DNA of 57,382 nt from Kiritimatiellia bacterium (GTDB lineage Bacteria > Verrucomicrobiota > Kiritimatiellia > RFP12 > JAVBOU01). The notes beneath the pieces were generated by a model. The model was not told the origin of the DNA. It was given only the letters and a program-made list of their open reading frames with translations, and did no database searches. The number at the start of each line of letters is the position of its first letter. Position 1 is the stretch's first letter. Where the stretch lies: the NCBI GenBank assembly GCA_031550185.1, contig JAVBOU010000008.1, positions 1 to 57,382 on the forward strand, written 5' to 3'. The translations under genes were made by a program, and so were the position numbers. Shown piece by piece: positions 1 to 12,136 of the stretch.

Positions 1-101
1 AACTCTGGCCGGCCCATTTTTGTTTTTTCTTTATCTGTTCGCCTGTGCGGGTGGGTGGTGTGTCATTACTTTTCCCCCCCCACGAAAAGGTTTTACCTGC
101 G

Positions 102-2767
<2,666 letters not shown>

Positions 2768-2840
2768 GATGCAAACCCTTTGGTTTTGTGGTGAAAATGG
2801 CCAAAAATTATAAAGGGTTTGGTTGCACTTGGCAACGTTT

Positions 2841-2877
2841 TCTTGTGGCGTGGCAGAGGTTCTGCCACGCCACAAGA
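2841..2877. repeat. GC-rich palindromic element, copy 1
   Basis: CTTGTGGCGTGGCAGA-GGT-TCTGCCACGCCACAAG, a 16-17 bp perfect stem. It lies 12 nt after the stop of the 2890 gene and 73 nt before the pfp start. Confidence 0.9.
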
Positions 2878-2889
2878 AGGTTATTTGTT

Positions 2890-5523
2890 TTAGCGGATCA
2901 GAAAGAGTGAGCCGCTGTTTTTGCTGAGCCAGATTTCGGTGTTGTTCTTTACCTTGGCAATATGCCATTTTGCGTGAAGTTCGGGCGGAAGGAGGTAATC
3001 ACCGGTGATGTTGGAGGCGGTCAGCAGATGGCAACGCGTTATCTCCTCTGGGATGTCATCGAGCAAGGTCACGTTTACGGTGCCCACGGCGTTGAACGCG
3101 TTGTCCACAATCAACGGAGCAATGAGTGACGCGGCAAAGCCGGCCTCGTTATCCAACATGACGCTGTTTTTCACGTTGCCGCTGCCGCCAATGAAAGCCT
3201 GCGGGGCGACAGTGACCGCGCTGATGACGACGCCATTGGTCGTCAAAAGAAGGGTGCCTTCTTCGATGGTTGTGTCGCCGGTATAAGTGTTGACACCACC
3301 GAGCATCCAAATGCCGGTTCCTGTTTTCAGCAGCGATGTCGGATAAACGGTGGATTTGTCGATGCGGTTGGGAATGACGCCGAGCACCGCGTTGCCGAGC
3401 GTGTTGGTGCCGGCGAGGGTGAGGGTTTTGGCTCCGTTGACAGTGACGGTGAAATTGGATTCAAAAACAACCGCACCGGATCCAGACGCGTCGAGCGTTG
3501 CGCCGCCCGTGGTTCCGGCCAGGTTGATCACGCGGTCGGTAGATTCGCCGGAGCCGAGATAACGGAGCGTGCCGGTGGTGGTGCTACTACCGATCTCAAT
3601 TGTCCCGTTTGCGACAGTGACAGGGCGTCCAAGGCTGCTTGAACTTCGGGGATTGACGACACGATTCAAAACGTACGCCTCTAAAATGCCGTTGTAAATA
3701 TAGGTTTTCAAGGTGTACGTGCTTTCGTCGCCACGCAGTGTAAAAACGCCGGCTCCTGTTTTGGCAATGCCGCCGTTGTCCGCAATGATGCCGTCAAAGA
3801 TCGAGTTCGAATCCCGATGGCCGATGGTAAACACGCTGCTTCGAAGCAGGAACAGCGTGCCGCCGCCGAACATGGTGTTTACATGATACGCTCCGCTGTG
3901 CGTCTCAATACGCCCGTAGTTGTAGATGTCACCTTCCCGATCTCCATACGGCAACACGTTGCAATTGGCTCCCAAGTCAATGCGTCCGAACAAGTAAATG
4001 TCCCCGGTCACCGTATGGTCGGAGCCTGAGATACCGACGCTTGAGCCTGACGATCCGGTGACTGGAAGCTCTGTGGTCATCTGGTAAAAGACAATACCGC
4101 AATCGCCGCTTATACCCCTGGTGATAGTGCTTCCCTTGCCTCGCCACGACGCAATGACACCTTGCACGCCGGTGAAATCCAACGGCGCGTTGATGGACAT
4201 TGAGGCATTGCTACGTAGCATGACGAGGCCGCTTTTGACATGAAGTTTATTCGTGCTGGTGATGTTGGACACCGAGGCAAGATAGGCTGACATGATGGAG
4301 TTGACAACACCCTCTTCTGTGAATGTCACCGCTGTGCCCGACGGCATGTAGACATTTTCGACGTTTCCCAGCACAGGGCCATTGTAACCATTGGCATAAG
4401 TCCGAAATTCGGTGACGAGATCCAGTGGCCTGACGCCTTTTTCGGTGTCATAGGTGAGGACGAGCGAATTGCCGTCTGTATACATCCAGGGAATGATTTG
4501 TACGGACGGCGTTCCGGGTAGTCCGTTCGCGTCGCCAAACAGCTCCGGTGGATTGTCAATGAAGACATTGCCGACATTGGATGCAGGAGCGTTTCCAAGC
4601 ACCGCGTCATTTCCGCCAACTGCAATTCGCGTGGGCGAAAAATTTTGCCGGGTAATTTCACCAATGGAAAACACGGTTTCACGGTTTGCCTTCGGATAGA
4701 GCAGGAACGAGTTGATGCCGCCCTTTTTGTTTGTGTCGATGACCAGGCTCTCAATCCGGTTTGTGGAGTTTGCCGTCCCGTTGCCGCTCGCTCGCAGAAA
4801 AGCAGTGCGAAGGGCGATGGTGTCCGCGCGGACGGCGCCATTGCCGCGATCGGAGTTGAATTCAACGGAGGTGCGGTTGTCGATGGTTATTTCGGCGTTG
4901 GGTTGCGACATGTCGTTGCCATCAAAATAAAGTGTGCCGCCACCGGTGATCAGCAACGAGTCCATGTTTTGCATGGCGTTGCGGATTCGTATGGTACCGG
5001 TTTCAATGCTGAACGTACGCGGTACGCCACCCAAATCAAGATTCAACGATTGGTTTTCAGTACCCTGATTTCCAATCCAAAACGACCTGTTGACTTTGTT
5101 GGTGATGTTGCCATTCAGCGTTAGCGTCCGGCGCGCGCCACTGCCGCGCAGATAGATGTCACCCGACGCTGTCCCATGCTCAATGGTGATGCCATTCAGG
5201 AAACTCGTGTCCCTTGAGGTGTCAATATACTGCGCACCGCGGACAATCAAGCTTTGGCCCCACAAGCCGTTGATGACTCCGTCCGCCCAGTTGGAGAGAT
5301 CGTTCATGTCGTATGTGCCGGCGGCATCCCGTATCCAGCCGGAGGCAGGAGTGGTGCGCAAGGATGCGGTTGATGTCCAGACCGTCTGTTCGGCGGTTTG
5401 GACGACCGCGCGGACAACATAATCTTTTGAAGGGTCAAGACTGTGCAATGTATATGAAAACACCTTGGGTGACGCCTCGATATTTGACGCGGAAAGAACC
5501 GCGGAATATTCCCATGCGGCCAC
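2890..5523 (-). CDS. PATR beta-helix surface protein, C-terminal part of a gene split by an in-frame TAG at 5530-5532
   Basis: Open frame with PATR-type repeats (LLKTGTGIWMLGGVNTYTGDTTIEEGTLLL) and the conserved C-terminal module ending NNTEIWLSKNSGSLFLIR. It has no signal peptide or plausible native start of its own (tool start is a GTG 6 nt after the TAG). It is in the same frame as 5530..6618. Confidence 0.7.
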   Translation of the reverse strand: MAAWEYSAVLSASNIEASPKVFSYTLHSLDPSKDYVVRAVVQTAEQTVWTSTASLRTTPASGWIRDAAGTYDMNDLSNWADGVINGLWGQSLIVRGAQYIDTSRDTSFLNGITIEHGTASGDIYLRGSGARRTLTLNGNITNKVNRSFWIGNQGTENQSLNLDLGGVPRTFSIETGTIRIRNAMQNMDSLLITGGGTLYFDGNDMSQPNAEITIDNRTSVEFNSDRGNGAVRADTIALRTAFLRASGNGTANSTNRIESLVIDTNKKGGINSFLLYPKANRETVFSIGEITRQNFSPTRIAVGGNDAVLGNAPASNVGNVFIDNPPELFGDANGLPGTPSVQIIPWMYTDGNSLVLTYDTEKGVRPLDLVTEFRTYANGYNGPVLGNVENVYMPSGTAVTFTEEGVVNSIMSAYLASVSNITSTNKLHVKSGLVMLRSNASMSINAPLDFTGVQGVIASWRGKGSTITRGISGDCGIVFYQMTTELPVTGSSGSSVGISGSDHTVTGDIYLFGRIDLGANCNVLPYGDREGDIYNYGRIETHSGAYHVNTMFGGGTLFLLRSSVFTIGHRDSNSIFDGIIADNGGIAKTGAGVFTLRGDESTYTLKTYIYNGILEAYVLNRVVNPRSSSSLGRPVTVANGTIEIGSSTTTGTLRYLGSGESTDRVINLAGTTGGATLDASGSGAVVFESNFTVTVNGAKTLTLAGTNTLGNAVLGVIPNRIDKSTVYPTSLLKTGTGIWMLGGVNTYTGDTTIEEGTLLLTTNGVVISAVTVAPQAFIGGSGNVKNSVMLDNEAGFAASLIAPLIVDNAFNAVGTVNVTLLDDIPEEITRCHLLTASNITGDYLLPPELHAKWHIAKVKNNTEIWLSKNSGSLFLIR

Positions 5524-5529
5524 ATCTTC

Positions 5530-6618
5530 CTAGCCATCCAATGTTCCCCAGCACACCGTCACCGTACCGGCGTCATGACGCAGCATTGGCGCACGTCCGG
5601 TGACAGTCACATTGGCAGGGGAAAAAAGCGTGTTGGCAATGGGATCCAACTCGATAGCCGGAACCGTGGTAAAAGACATTGTGGAAGACCAAGCTTCCTC
5701 TTCGCCCGCCGTCGCCATAACCCAGACAAAATATTCACGGCCGTATTCAATGTTGTCGAACAAACATGAGACATTTGCCGGTTCTCCGGCTGTGCTGATG
5801 ATAGGCTGTGTGGTGAAATATTCCCAGTTTGCGCTGTCTTCGCCCTGATTCGTTGTACCCCAGAAAATCGTTGCCATTCCATCGGCGGGCAAAAGCGCCA
5901 CCTGCGCATTGACAACCGCAACGGAGGGATCCACACGTGTTCCAAGCGGGTAAAGCAAAACCGAAAACTCTTCCACTTCCTCGTTTGTAAACGCGTAGAC
6001 ATGGAGCGGATTGGTGCTGTTTTGGGCGGTGTGCTTCAGCGAGAGTGTGCCATCCGCGCCTGCAATGTAGCGGTATGCGAGGACGCGGTCACTCTTGGCT
6101 CCGTCGCAATTAAAGGTAAATGATTCACTTGTGATTTCATCGCCTCCGTTCGGGCTGGCGACAAAATCCACAAACCTGTTGCCGTTCACGGTCCACACCC
6201 GGTTGTAAAAGCGCGCTTCATAGCAGACGCCGGGCGTGAGTCCTGTAAATTTCATGGTGCCGCTGGATGTCCCGGCGTTGCACGCTTTCAATAACTGATA
6301 CACATCCTCCGCGGCCGGTGTGGCGATGCTGGCGTAAGTGGTTGAGCCATTGTTCATGGTTCCTGGAAGTCCGGAAAAATTGCTTCCGGAAGTTCCGGTT
6401 GTACTCGTGAACTGGACACCGTTAAGAATTGCATTTTGCGTTAAGGTTGAAAAATTGCCCGTCGCAAAATCCAGTGCATGTGTGTAGGTTTTTGTTGACG
6501 TCACACCAGTCTGTGCGTCGCCTTTAAACGCAAAAACCTTGGTGTTGGGTGATGGATTGTCGGCATGTTCCGCCATGACGAAAAACGCTGAAAGGGCGAA
6601 TAGAAGGAGTTTGTTCAT
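5530..6618 (-). CDS. N-terminal part (signal peptide, CBM-like N-domain, Fn3-like units) of the TAG-interrupted giant protein
   Basis: ATG at 6618 preceded by GGAGATCATT. Signal peptide MNKLLLFALSAFFVMAEHA. The N-domain is homologous to the N-termini of 12137..17062 and 39981..43892 (TKTYTHALDF ... HVYAFTNEE). It ends at a TAG inside a conserved Fn3-like unit. Confidence 0.7.
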   Translation of the reverse strand: MNKLLLFALSAFFVMAEHADNPSPNTKVFAFKGDAQTGVTSTKTYTHALDFATGNFSTLTQNAILNGVQFTSTTGTSGSNFSGLPGTMNNGSTTYASIATPAAEDVYQLLKACNAGTSSGTMKFTGLTPGVCYEARFYNRVWTVNGNRFVDFVASPNGGDEITSESFTFNCDGAKSDRVLAYRYIAGADGTLSLKHTAQNSTNPLHVYAFTNEEVEEFSVLLYPLGTRVDPSVAVVNAQVALLPADGMATIFWGTTNQGEDSANWEYFTTQPIISTAGEPANVSCLFDNIEYGREYFVWVMATAGEEEAWSSTMSFTTVPAIELDPIANTLFSPANVTVTGRAPMLRHDAGTVTVCWGTLDG

Positions 6619-6642
6619 AATGATCTCCGTGATCTGTTTGTT

Positions 6643-8196
6643 TTAGCGAACGCGTTCGCTGTCGAATTTTGCGCCGCGCAAGGCGGAGCGGACAAAGGAA
6701 CCCCAATAGGGCGTGGGCGTGAAATTCCAGTCTGAAATGACGCAGGGCGAGGCGTCGATGTGGAAGCTCCAGGCGCTCCAGTTGAGCTTGTATTTTTGGA
6801 TGAAGGCCAGCATGTCGGGCGCCCACTGGTAAGGGTCGACAATGACTTTTTCAAACTCCATCGCCTTGGGCTGGCAGCCGACTTCGCCGACAAAAATGGG
6901 ATGTTTTTCGGCGACGGCCAACACCTTGCCGGCCCAATCCGTCTTCCACGGGTAAATGTGCGTGGCGTACATGATGCCGTTGCCGCCTTTCTCCGTGAGC
7001 GAGAAGCCATTGGCCACGCCGCTCAAGTCATACGCCCAGTCGAGTCCGCCCGCGATGACGATGTTTTTCGCGCCGGTTGCACGGATGACCTCGAGCAATT
7101 TTTGCATGCCGATCGACGCGCCAAGCTCCTTGCCCTCGGTGGTTTCGGCAATGGCGCCGTCGCGTTTTTCACCCGCGAGCTTTCCGCCATCGCGCCACTC
7201 CTCCCACGAGATGTCGTACGGCTCGTTGATCATGTCGAACAGCACCGCGGGATGATTCGCGTAGCGCTTCGCCGCATCGCTCCAAAACGCCGCGTGCTCC
7301 TGCGTTGGCGCGCGGTATTCGTGCAAATCCAGGACGATGTAGCAACCGTGCTTCGCGGCGTACTCAATCATTTCGTCGACCAGTTTGCGGTACGCCTGCG
7401 CGCCGTCCGGCCCCTGCTTTGGATCGCGGCCAAACCAGAAGCGCGTTTTCACCGCGAAACGAATCACGTTCACATTCCAGTCCTGCAACGCCGCGGCGAA
7501 CGACTCGCGCAAGTGATCGCCCTCGTGCCACCACTCCAGGCTCGGAATGTTCACGCCCTGCAGCCACTCCTCGCGTCCGGCCTGGTCAACAATCCGGTTG
7601 CCCTTCACGACGAGCGTCGCCTCCGGTCCCAGCGGCTTCACGTCCGCGCGCACCGGATCGACGCCGGCGAGTGACACGTCGTCAATGTCAAACGTGCCGC
7701 TTGCCGTGTTGAAATGCGTGGGCATGAACTCCAGGCTCACTGCGTCCGCCGGAACCCCGAACTTGTGCGCGATCCAGCGCCAGTCCGACGTCCCCGTAAA
7801 ACCCACGGGTGGCGCACCGGTTTTTTTGCCGTCCTGGTCGATGAAGTTCATGATGATCCGCGCGTCGTTCCACTTCTCTTTGCCGTGCTGGACATTTTCA
7901 TAACGCGTGCGAAACTTCAATTCCAGATTCTCAAAACCCTTTGGCACGTCGACTTTCACGTAAAAGAAATTCACCATCTCGTCCGCGCCCCGCGACGTCA
8001 ACCGTAGAAAGTGATTGCCATTTTCCGCGGCATACTCCGCGTCGCCAGCCGGCCAATGCTTCGGCCAGTTGTTTTCAGATTCCTCAAAGTCTCCATTTTG
8101 AAAAATCGAAACCGGAATCGGAGTTGTCAGCGGAACCGCCGCGTGCAGAACAGTTGCGGTAAACGCGCAGGCAAAAAAAGTGTGTGCGTGCATCAT
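6643..8196 (-). CDS. secreted CBM4_9-like + GH5 glycoside hydrolase (cellulase superfamily)
   Basis: Start is the ATG at 8196, overlapping the upstream stop as ATGA. Signal peptide [19 protein letters not shown]. CBM-type opening [11 protein letters not shown]. GH5 motifs LDLHEY, MINEPY (acid/base Glu) and FVGEVGCQP (nucleophile Glu). Confidence 0.85.
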   Translation of the reverse strand: [517 protein letters not shown]

Positions 8197-9314
8197 GAGG
8201 TTTTCTTTCGTAATTCGTCGACAGGCGCGAGCGCGAGATCGACGCGGTTGTGGACGGTTGTGGTGTAACAGATGTAACGATCGTCGCAGCAAAATTGAGG
8301 ATGCGGATGGAGATGTCCGCATTGCGTCAGGCGACGATCAAGCGGCGGGTGGTTGACGATCTCAACCTCTTTGCCAGTGCGCAGGTTGCGAAAAATCACG
8401 CGGCAATCCGGGGCGTGCGGATGCCCCATCGCGTCGGCCACGAGCAGGCTGCCGTCGCACGACGAATGGGCGTGCGCAAGGTGGCCGGGCCAGAGATTTT
8501 CGTCGCGACCTGTGGCCACGTCGACACGCTTGACACCCACGCCGTAGTGAACATACCACACATGTTTCCCGTCCGCGTCCCACCACTCATGGCCGCTGTG
8601 CGAAACCGGCGCGGGGAGAATGGGGCGCGCTGTTTCGCCGCGGCGGATGATCCACAGCCGGTGATACGGACGCGCTTCGGGTTCAAAAGGTTCGTCGATA
8701 TGCTCCTGCCAAAATTCGTGCGCAAACATCATCACGCCGGGTTCGGTCGGACTGGTCAGCGCGTGGTCATAATAACGGTTAAACGTTTGCCAAACGCGCG
8801 CGGGACCGCCGTCGATCGGCATGTCACCGAGGAACATCTCTTCGCCGAAGATGGCGTCGAAGTTGATCGACTTGCGGTTCGCGGTGAAATTCGGATGCGT
8901 GGCCATGCGGAGCGGCGCGCGGCGTTTGGCCTGCTCCGCCAGGAAGGAATTGACTTTTCGCGGTTCCGCGCCGGGTTGTGGTCCGCACGCCCAAAGGTCG
9001 AGATTGTTAAACCAATAAATGTCGCCATTTTCCTCGTCCACGAACGGCGTGTGCGAAGGCTGTATGTCCAGCCGCACGCGAAACTCATCGCGTGCCAAAT
9101 CGACGACGCCCATGATGTAGACGGAGTTTGTCCCGCCCTTGGGAGGAAACATGCAAATGACCCAAAGCCATTGCCCGTCGCGCGTCATCGAGCGGTTGGT
9201 GTAATAGAAATGTTTCTGAACCGGCGCAAGGCGTTCGGTGAGAATGAAACTTTGCGCGCCGCTGACGGGATTTGTCCAAGGCGTGAAAAGGCGTGATGTG
9301 GCGGGTGTGTGCAT
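8193..9314 (-). CDS. oligogalacturonate lyase-like protein (PL22 family), no signal peptide
   Basis: 373 aa. Blocks KHFYYTNRSMTRDGQW, SGHEWWDADGKHVWYVHY, HAHSSCDGSLLVADA and HPHPQFCCDDRYICYTT parallel the conserved blocks of enterobacterial Ogl as I recall them (RNYFYQKCFTQDGKK, THEFWVPDGSALVYVSY, SHLMSNYDGTLMVGDG, HPHPSFTPDDKQVLFTSD). Confidence 0.7.
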   Translation of the reverse strand: MHTPATSRLFTPWTNPVSGAQSFILTERLAPVQKHFYYTNRSMTRDGQWLWVICMFPPKGGTNSVYIMGVVDLARDEFRVRLDIQPSHTPFVDEENGDIYWFNNLDLWACGPQPGAEPRKVNSFLAEQAKRRAPLRMATHPNFTANRKSINFDAIFGEEMFLGDMPIDGGPARVWQTFNRYYDHALTSPTEPGVMMFAHEFWQEHIDEPFEPEARPYHRLWIIRRGETARPILPAPVSHSGHEWWDADGKHVWYVHYGVGVKRVDVATGRDENLWPGHLAHAHSSCDGSLLVADAMGHPHAPDCRVIFRNLRTGKEVEIVNHPPLDRRLTQCGHLHPHPQFCCDDRYICYTTTVHNRVDLALAPVDELRKKTS

Positions 9315-9330
9315 GGTGATGATGAGACGA

Positions 9331-11982
9331 TTATTTCAGAAGCAGGAGCGTGTTGGTGATTTTTCCAGCACGAAGTTGGGTGTTGTTTTTTGTTTTGTAA
9401 ACGCGCCAACCCTTCGCGCCTGCCGTGGAAAAGTCGCCGGTGATGTCGACGGCGGTCGCGAGGAGATAATTGGTGATTCGCTCTTCCGGCGGCAACGACA
9501 GAAGATCGGGCGGCACGAGTGTCACTTCCGTTGTACCGGCGCCGGTGATCGTGCCAGTGACCGCCATGAAGTCCGGCGCAGCTTTGGACAGATCAAAAAT
9601 CATCTTCGCGCCGTTGGCAAGCGCGAGATTGTTTTCAAGCCTGAACCCGCGCGGATGCAGTGTTGCACTGGTCGCAATGTTGAGCGGGGCCTTGATTTGT
9701 CCGCGCACCGCGAGCGTTCCGGCGCGCACTTCGGAGGCAAGCGTGAAGGAGTTGGTGGGCGCGGAGAGCAACAGCGTGCCGAGGCCGGTTTTGACGAATC
9801 CACCGGGCGTGTTGGAGTCGAGGTCGGCCATTTCAAGCTGAATGGCCACGTCGTCCGCAGCCGCGCCGTCGCCAATGTTAAACGTGCGGAGTCCGGCGAG
9901 GCACATCGCGCCGGGAATGCTGGCGCCGGAAGATGCGACGGTTGCGGGGTTGTCGTTGACGTTGTTGCCGACGAAATAAAAATCGCCGAGCAGACTCATG
10001 TAGCCGATCATTTGGCGGTAGGCCGAGGAGCCGATGCTGATCGGCGCGTAGGCGCGGGCGGTGGGCGTGTTGGTGATGATGATGTCGCCGCCCGCGACCC
10101 AAATGGCGCCGGGTGTGAAACCGGGAGCGTCGTTGCTTCCGGAGAGCGTGACCCTGCCGCCGGAGAAGACCACCTGGCCGCTCGTCGTGCTGCGGCGTTT
10201 CGTCGGGATTTCCCACACGCCGCCGGCGAGAAAGGCGTTGCGGACATACGTGTTGGCGAAGTTGCCGAACGACGTGCCGTCCTGGAATGTGCCGCCGGTC
10301 ATGTAAAGATCGCGGAAGGTTTCGTTGGAGCCGTAATCGCTCAGGTTTTCGCGCTGGGCATAAATGCCGGCGTTGATGTGGACATCAGAGGTGTCGGGAA
10401 TCTGGTTGCCGGGGTTGAGCAGCGTGCCGCCGTTGACGACGAGGTCGCCGGGAACGGCAGAGTTGGGCACGGGCGAGTTGAGCCAGAGCACGCCGGCGTT
10501 CACGCGTGTGGGGCCGGTGTAGCCGTGCAACGGGGAGGCGAGCCGCGCGGTCCTGTTGTTGAGGCCGACAAAAGTGACGCCCTTGCCTGCGTCGTTGGTG
10601 ATGCACGTGGCAAAGGTCAGCGGCGCGCCCTCCAATCCCTTGTTGGTGGCGGTCAGACTGAAATAAAAGATGCCCTCGTTTTCGTTGAGGTCGAGGAACG
10701 CGGGCGCGATGATGGCGCGCGCGTCGTTATGCGTCCCGCCTGCACTGGTCATGTGGAGGTTGTGTAGCGCGCCGCTCGCAAGCGTCAAGGTCGAGCCGCC
10801 GGTGATTTCAAAGCCGGAGGAGAGCGTGGACGAAACCAGCATCAGCGAATTGACCGTTGTCGGCTGCGTCAACACGATCGCGCGCGGCGCGTCGTCCGCG
10901 TTGACGAGGCGCACGTTGTCGAGCGTATTTTGCCCGTCCGTCAACGCGTCGGCGTATTCGTCCGCCAACAACAGACGCACGCCGTATGTCGCGTCATACG
11001 TGGCGAACATCGTGCCGACGTCCGTGATATTGGTGTTGCCAACCATAAACGGCCAAATGGACTGCGTCGTGGAGCCAGGCGCGCCGGCGCCGCCGGCAAG
11101 CGGTGGAACCGTGTCAAATGCGAGATGCGACGTCTTAAAGGAAGCCTCTGTTGAGTCCAGTGGAATCACGCCGAGATTGATGCCGCGCGCAAGCAGCGTT
11201 GCGCCGACCGCGCGTTCGAACACAGGCGCGGTCAGGCGTTTGTTGACGGCGTTGTGCGTGTTGATGCTGATTTGCGAATGTCCCTGGCCGATGGCAAACA
11301 TTTCGGCGATCACGTCATTTTCCCACCGGTTGCTGTCGCCGGTAAGCTGCGCGGAGCCCGGCAAAAGAAAAAGATTTTTGGCCCGCGGCGTGCCTGCGGA
11401 CGGAACGCCCAAATTGATGTAAAAGTTACATCCGGCGTACATCCGCACATCCGCCTCCGAGGCATGCGTCCCACCGTAGAGCTCCAGTCCGGGGCCTTCC
11501 AAAACCGTAATGACGCCAGTGCCGAGAAACGAGCCTTTTGCCTGTTTTGTTCCGCCGCCAGCGAGCGTCAGATTGTGCCCGTTCAGATTCACGGACGGGG
11601 GAGTCAAAATTCCGCTGCGGATGTCCCACACCTGCGGACACGCGAGGGAAATCATTGTGCTCGAACTCCATGTGAAATAAATGTTACCTGTGGAAATCAT
11701 GCCCGCGCTGCCGAGCTCCAGTGTGCCGGAGTTAAATGTCTGGTGGGCGGTCGATTCCGAATGCACACCACGCCACTGCTGCACGCCGAGCGTGTATGTC
11801 CCGCCTGATTGCGGCGGAAAATACGCGATGTCATTGGGCCCCGGCACAACGCCGCCAATCCAGCTGGACGGCTGGTCGAGCGCGTCCGCGTTCGAGACAT
11901 CCTTGGTGATGACCGCGGCTGTCGCCGTGCCGCCAATCGCCGACGCCAGCAACAGCGTCGCCCGAAATATGAAGTTTCTCAT
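9331..11982 (-). CDS. large secreted PATR (autotransporter-associated beta-strand repeat) beta-helix protein with LLLLK tail
   Basis: Start trimmed to the ATG at 11982 (MRNFIFRATLLLASAIGGTATAA signal peptide). N-terminal W-x-GG-x-x-P motif (SSWIGGVVPGPNDIAYF). PATR repeats (FVKTGLGTLLLSAPTNSFTLASEVRAGTLAV). Ends KITNTLLLLK. Confidence 0.85.
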   Translation of the reverse strand: MRNFIFRATLLLASAIGGTATAAVITKDVSNADALDQPSSWIGGVVPGPNDIAYFPPQSGGTYTLGVQQWRGVHSESTAHQTFNSGTLELGSAGMISTGNIYFTWSSSTMISLACPQVWDIRSGILTPPSVNLNGHNLTLAGGGTKQAKGSFLGTGVITVLEGPGLELYGGTHASEADVRMYAGCNFYINLGVPSAGTPRAKNLFLLPGSAQLTGDSNRWENDVIAEMFAIGQGHSQISINTHNAVNKRLTAPVFERAVGATLLARGINLGVIPLDSTEASFKTSHLAFDTVPPLAGGAGAPGSTTQSIWPFMVGNTNITDVGTMFATYDATYGVRLLLADEYADALTDGQNTLDNVRLVNADDAPRAIVLTQPTTVNSLMLVSSTLSSGFEITGGSTLTLASGALHNLHMTSAGGTHNDARAIIAPAFLDLNENEGIFYFSLTATNKGLEGAPLTFATCITNDAGKGVTFVGLNNRTARLASPLHGYTGPTRVNAGVLWLNSPVPNSAVPGDLVVNGGTLLNPGNQIPDTSDVHINAGIYAQRENLSDYGSNETFRDLYMTGGTFQDGTSFGNFANTYVRNAFLAGGVWEIPTKRRSTTSGQVVFSGGRVTLSGSNDAPGFTPGAIWVAGGDIIITNTPTARAYAPISIGSSAYRQMIGYMSLLGDFYFVGNNVNDNPATVASSGASIPGAMCLAGLRTFNIGDGAAADDVAIQLEMADLDSNTPGGFVKTGLGTLLLSAPTNSFTLASEVRAGTLAVRGQIKAPLNIATSATLHPRGFRLENNLALANGAKMIFDLSKAAPDFMAVTGTITGAGTTEVTLVPPDLLSLPPEERITNYLLATAVDITGDFSTAGAKGWRVYKTKNNTQLRAGKITNTLLLLK

Positions 11983-12093
11983 GTGCATTCTCCTTGTGTG
12001 ATTGTGCAATGGCGCGAAGCGGTTATTTTGTGTTATGCGCTCCGCCGATGATAGTCAGCATTATACGTCGCATGTTGAGGATGTGCAATTTGA

Positions 12094-12130
12094 ATCCGTG
12101 GCGTGGCAGGAGTTCTGCCACGCCACGGAT
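12094..12130. repeat. GC-rich palindromic element, copy 2
   Basis: ATCCGTGGCGTGGCAG-GAGTT-CTGCCACGCCACGGAT, a 16-bp perfect stem, 6 nt after the stop of 12137..17062. Confidence 0.9.
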
Positions 12131-12136
12131 TGTTTA

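Noticed and set aside
60-101. Weak hairpin CTTTTC-N9-GAAAAG downstream of the purB stop, as a terminator
   Set aside because: It is only a 6-bp AT-rich stem with a 9-nt G-rich loop and no U-tract, and is too weak to call.
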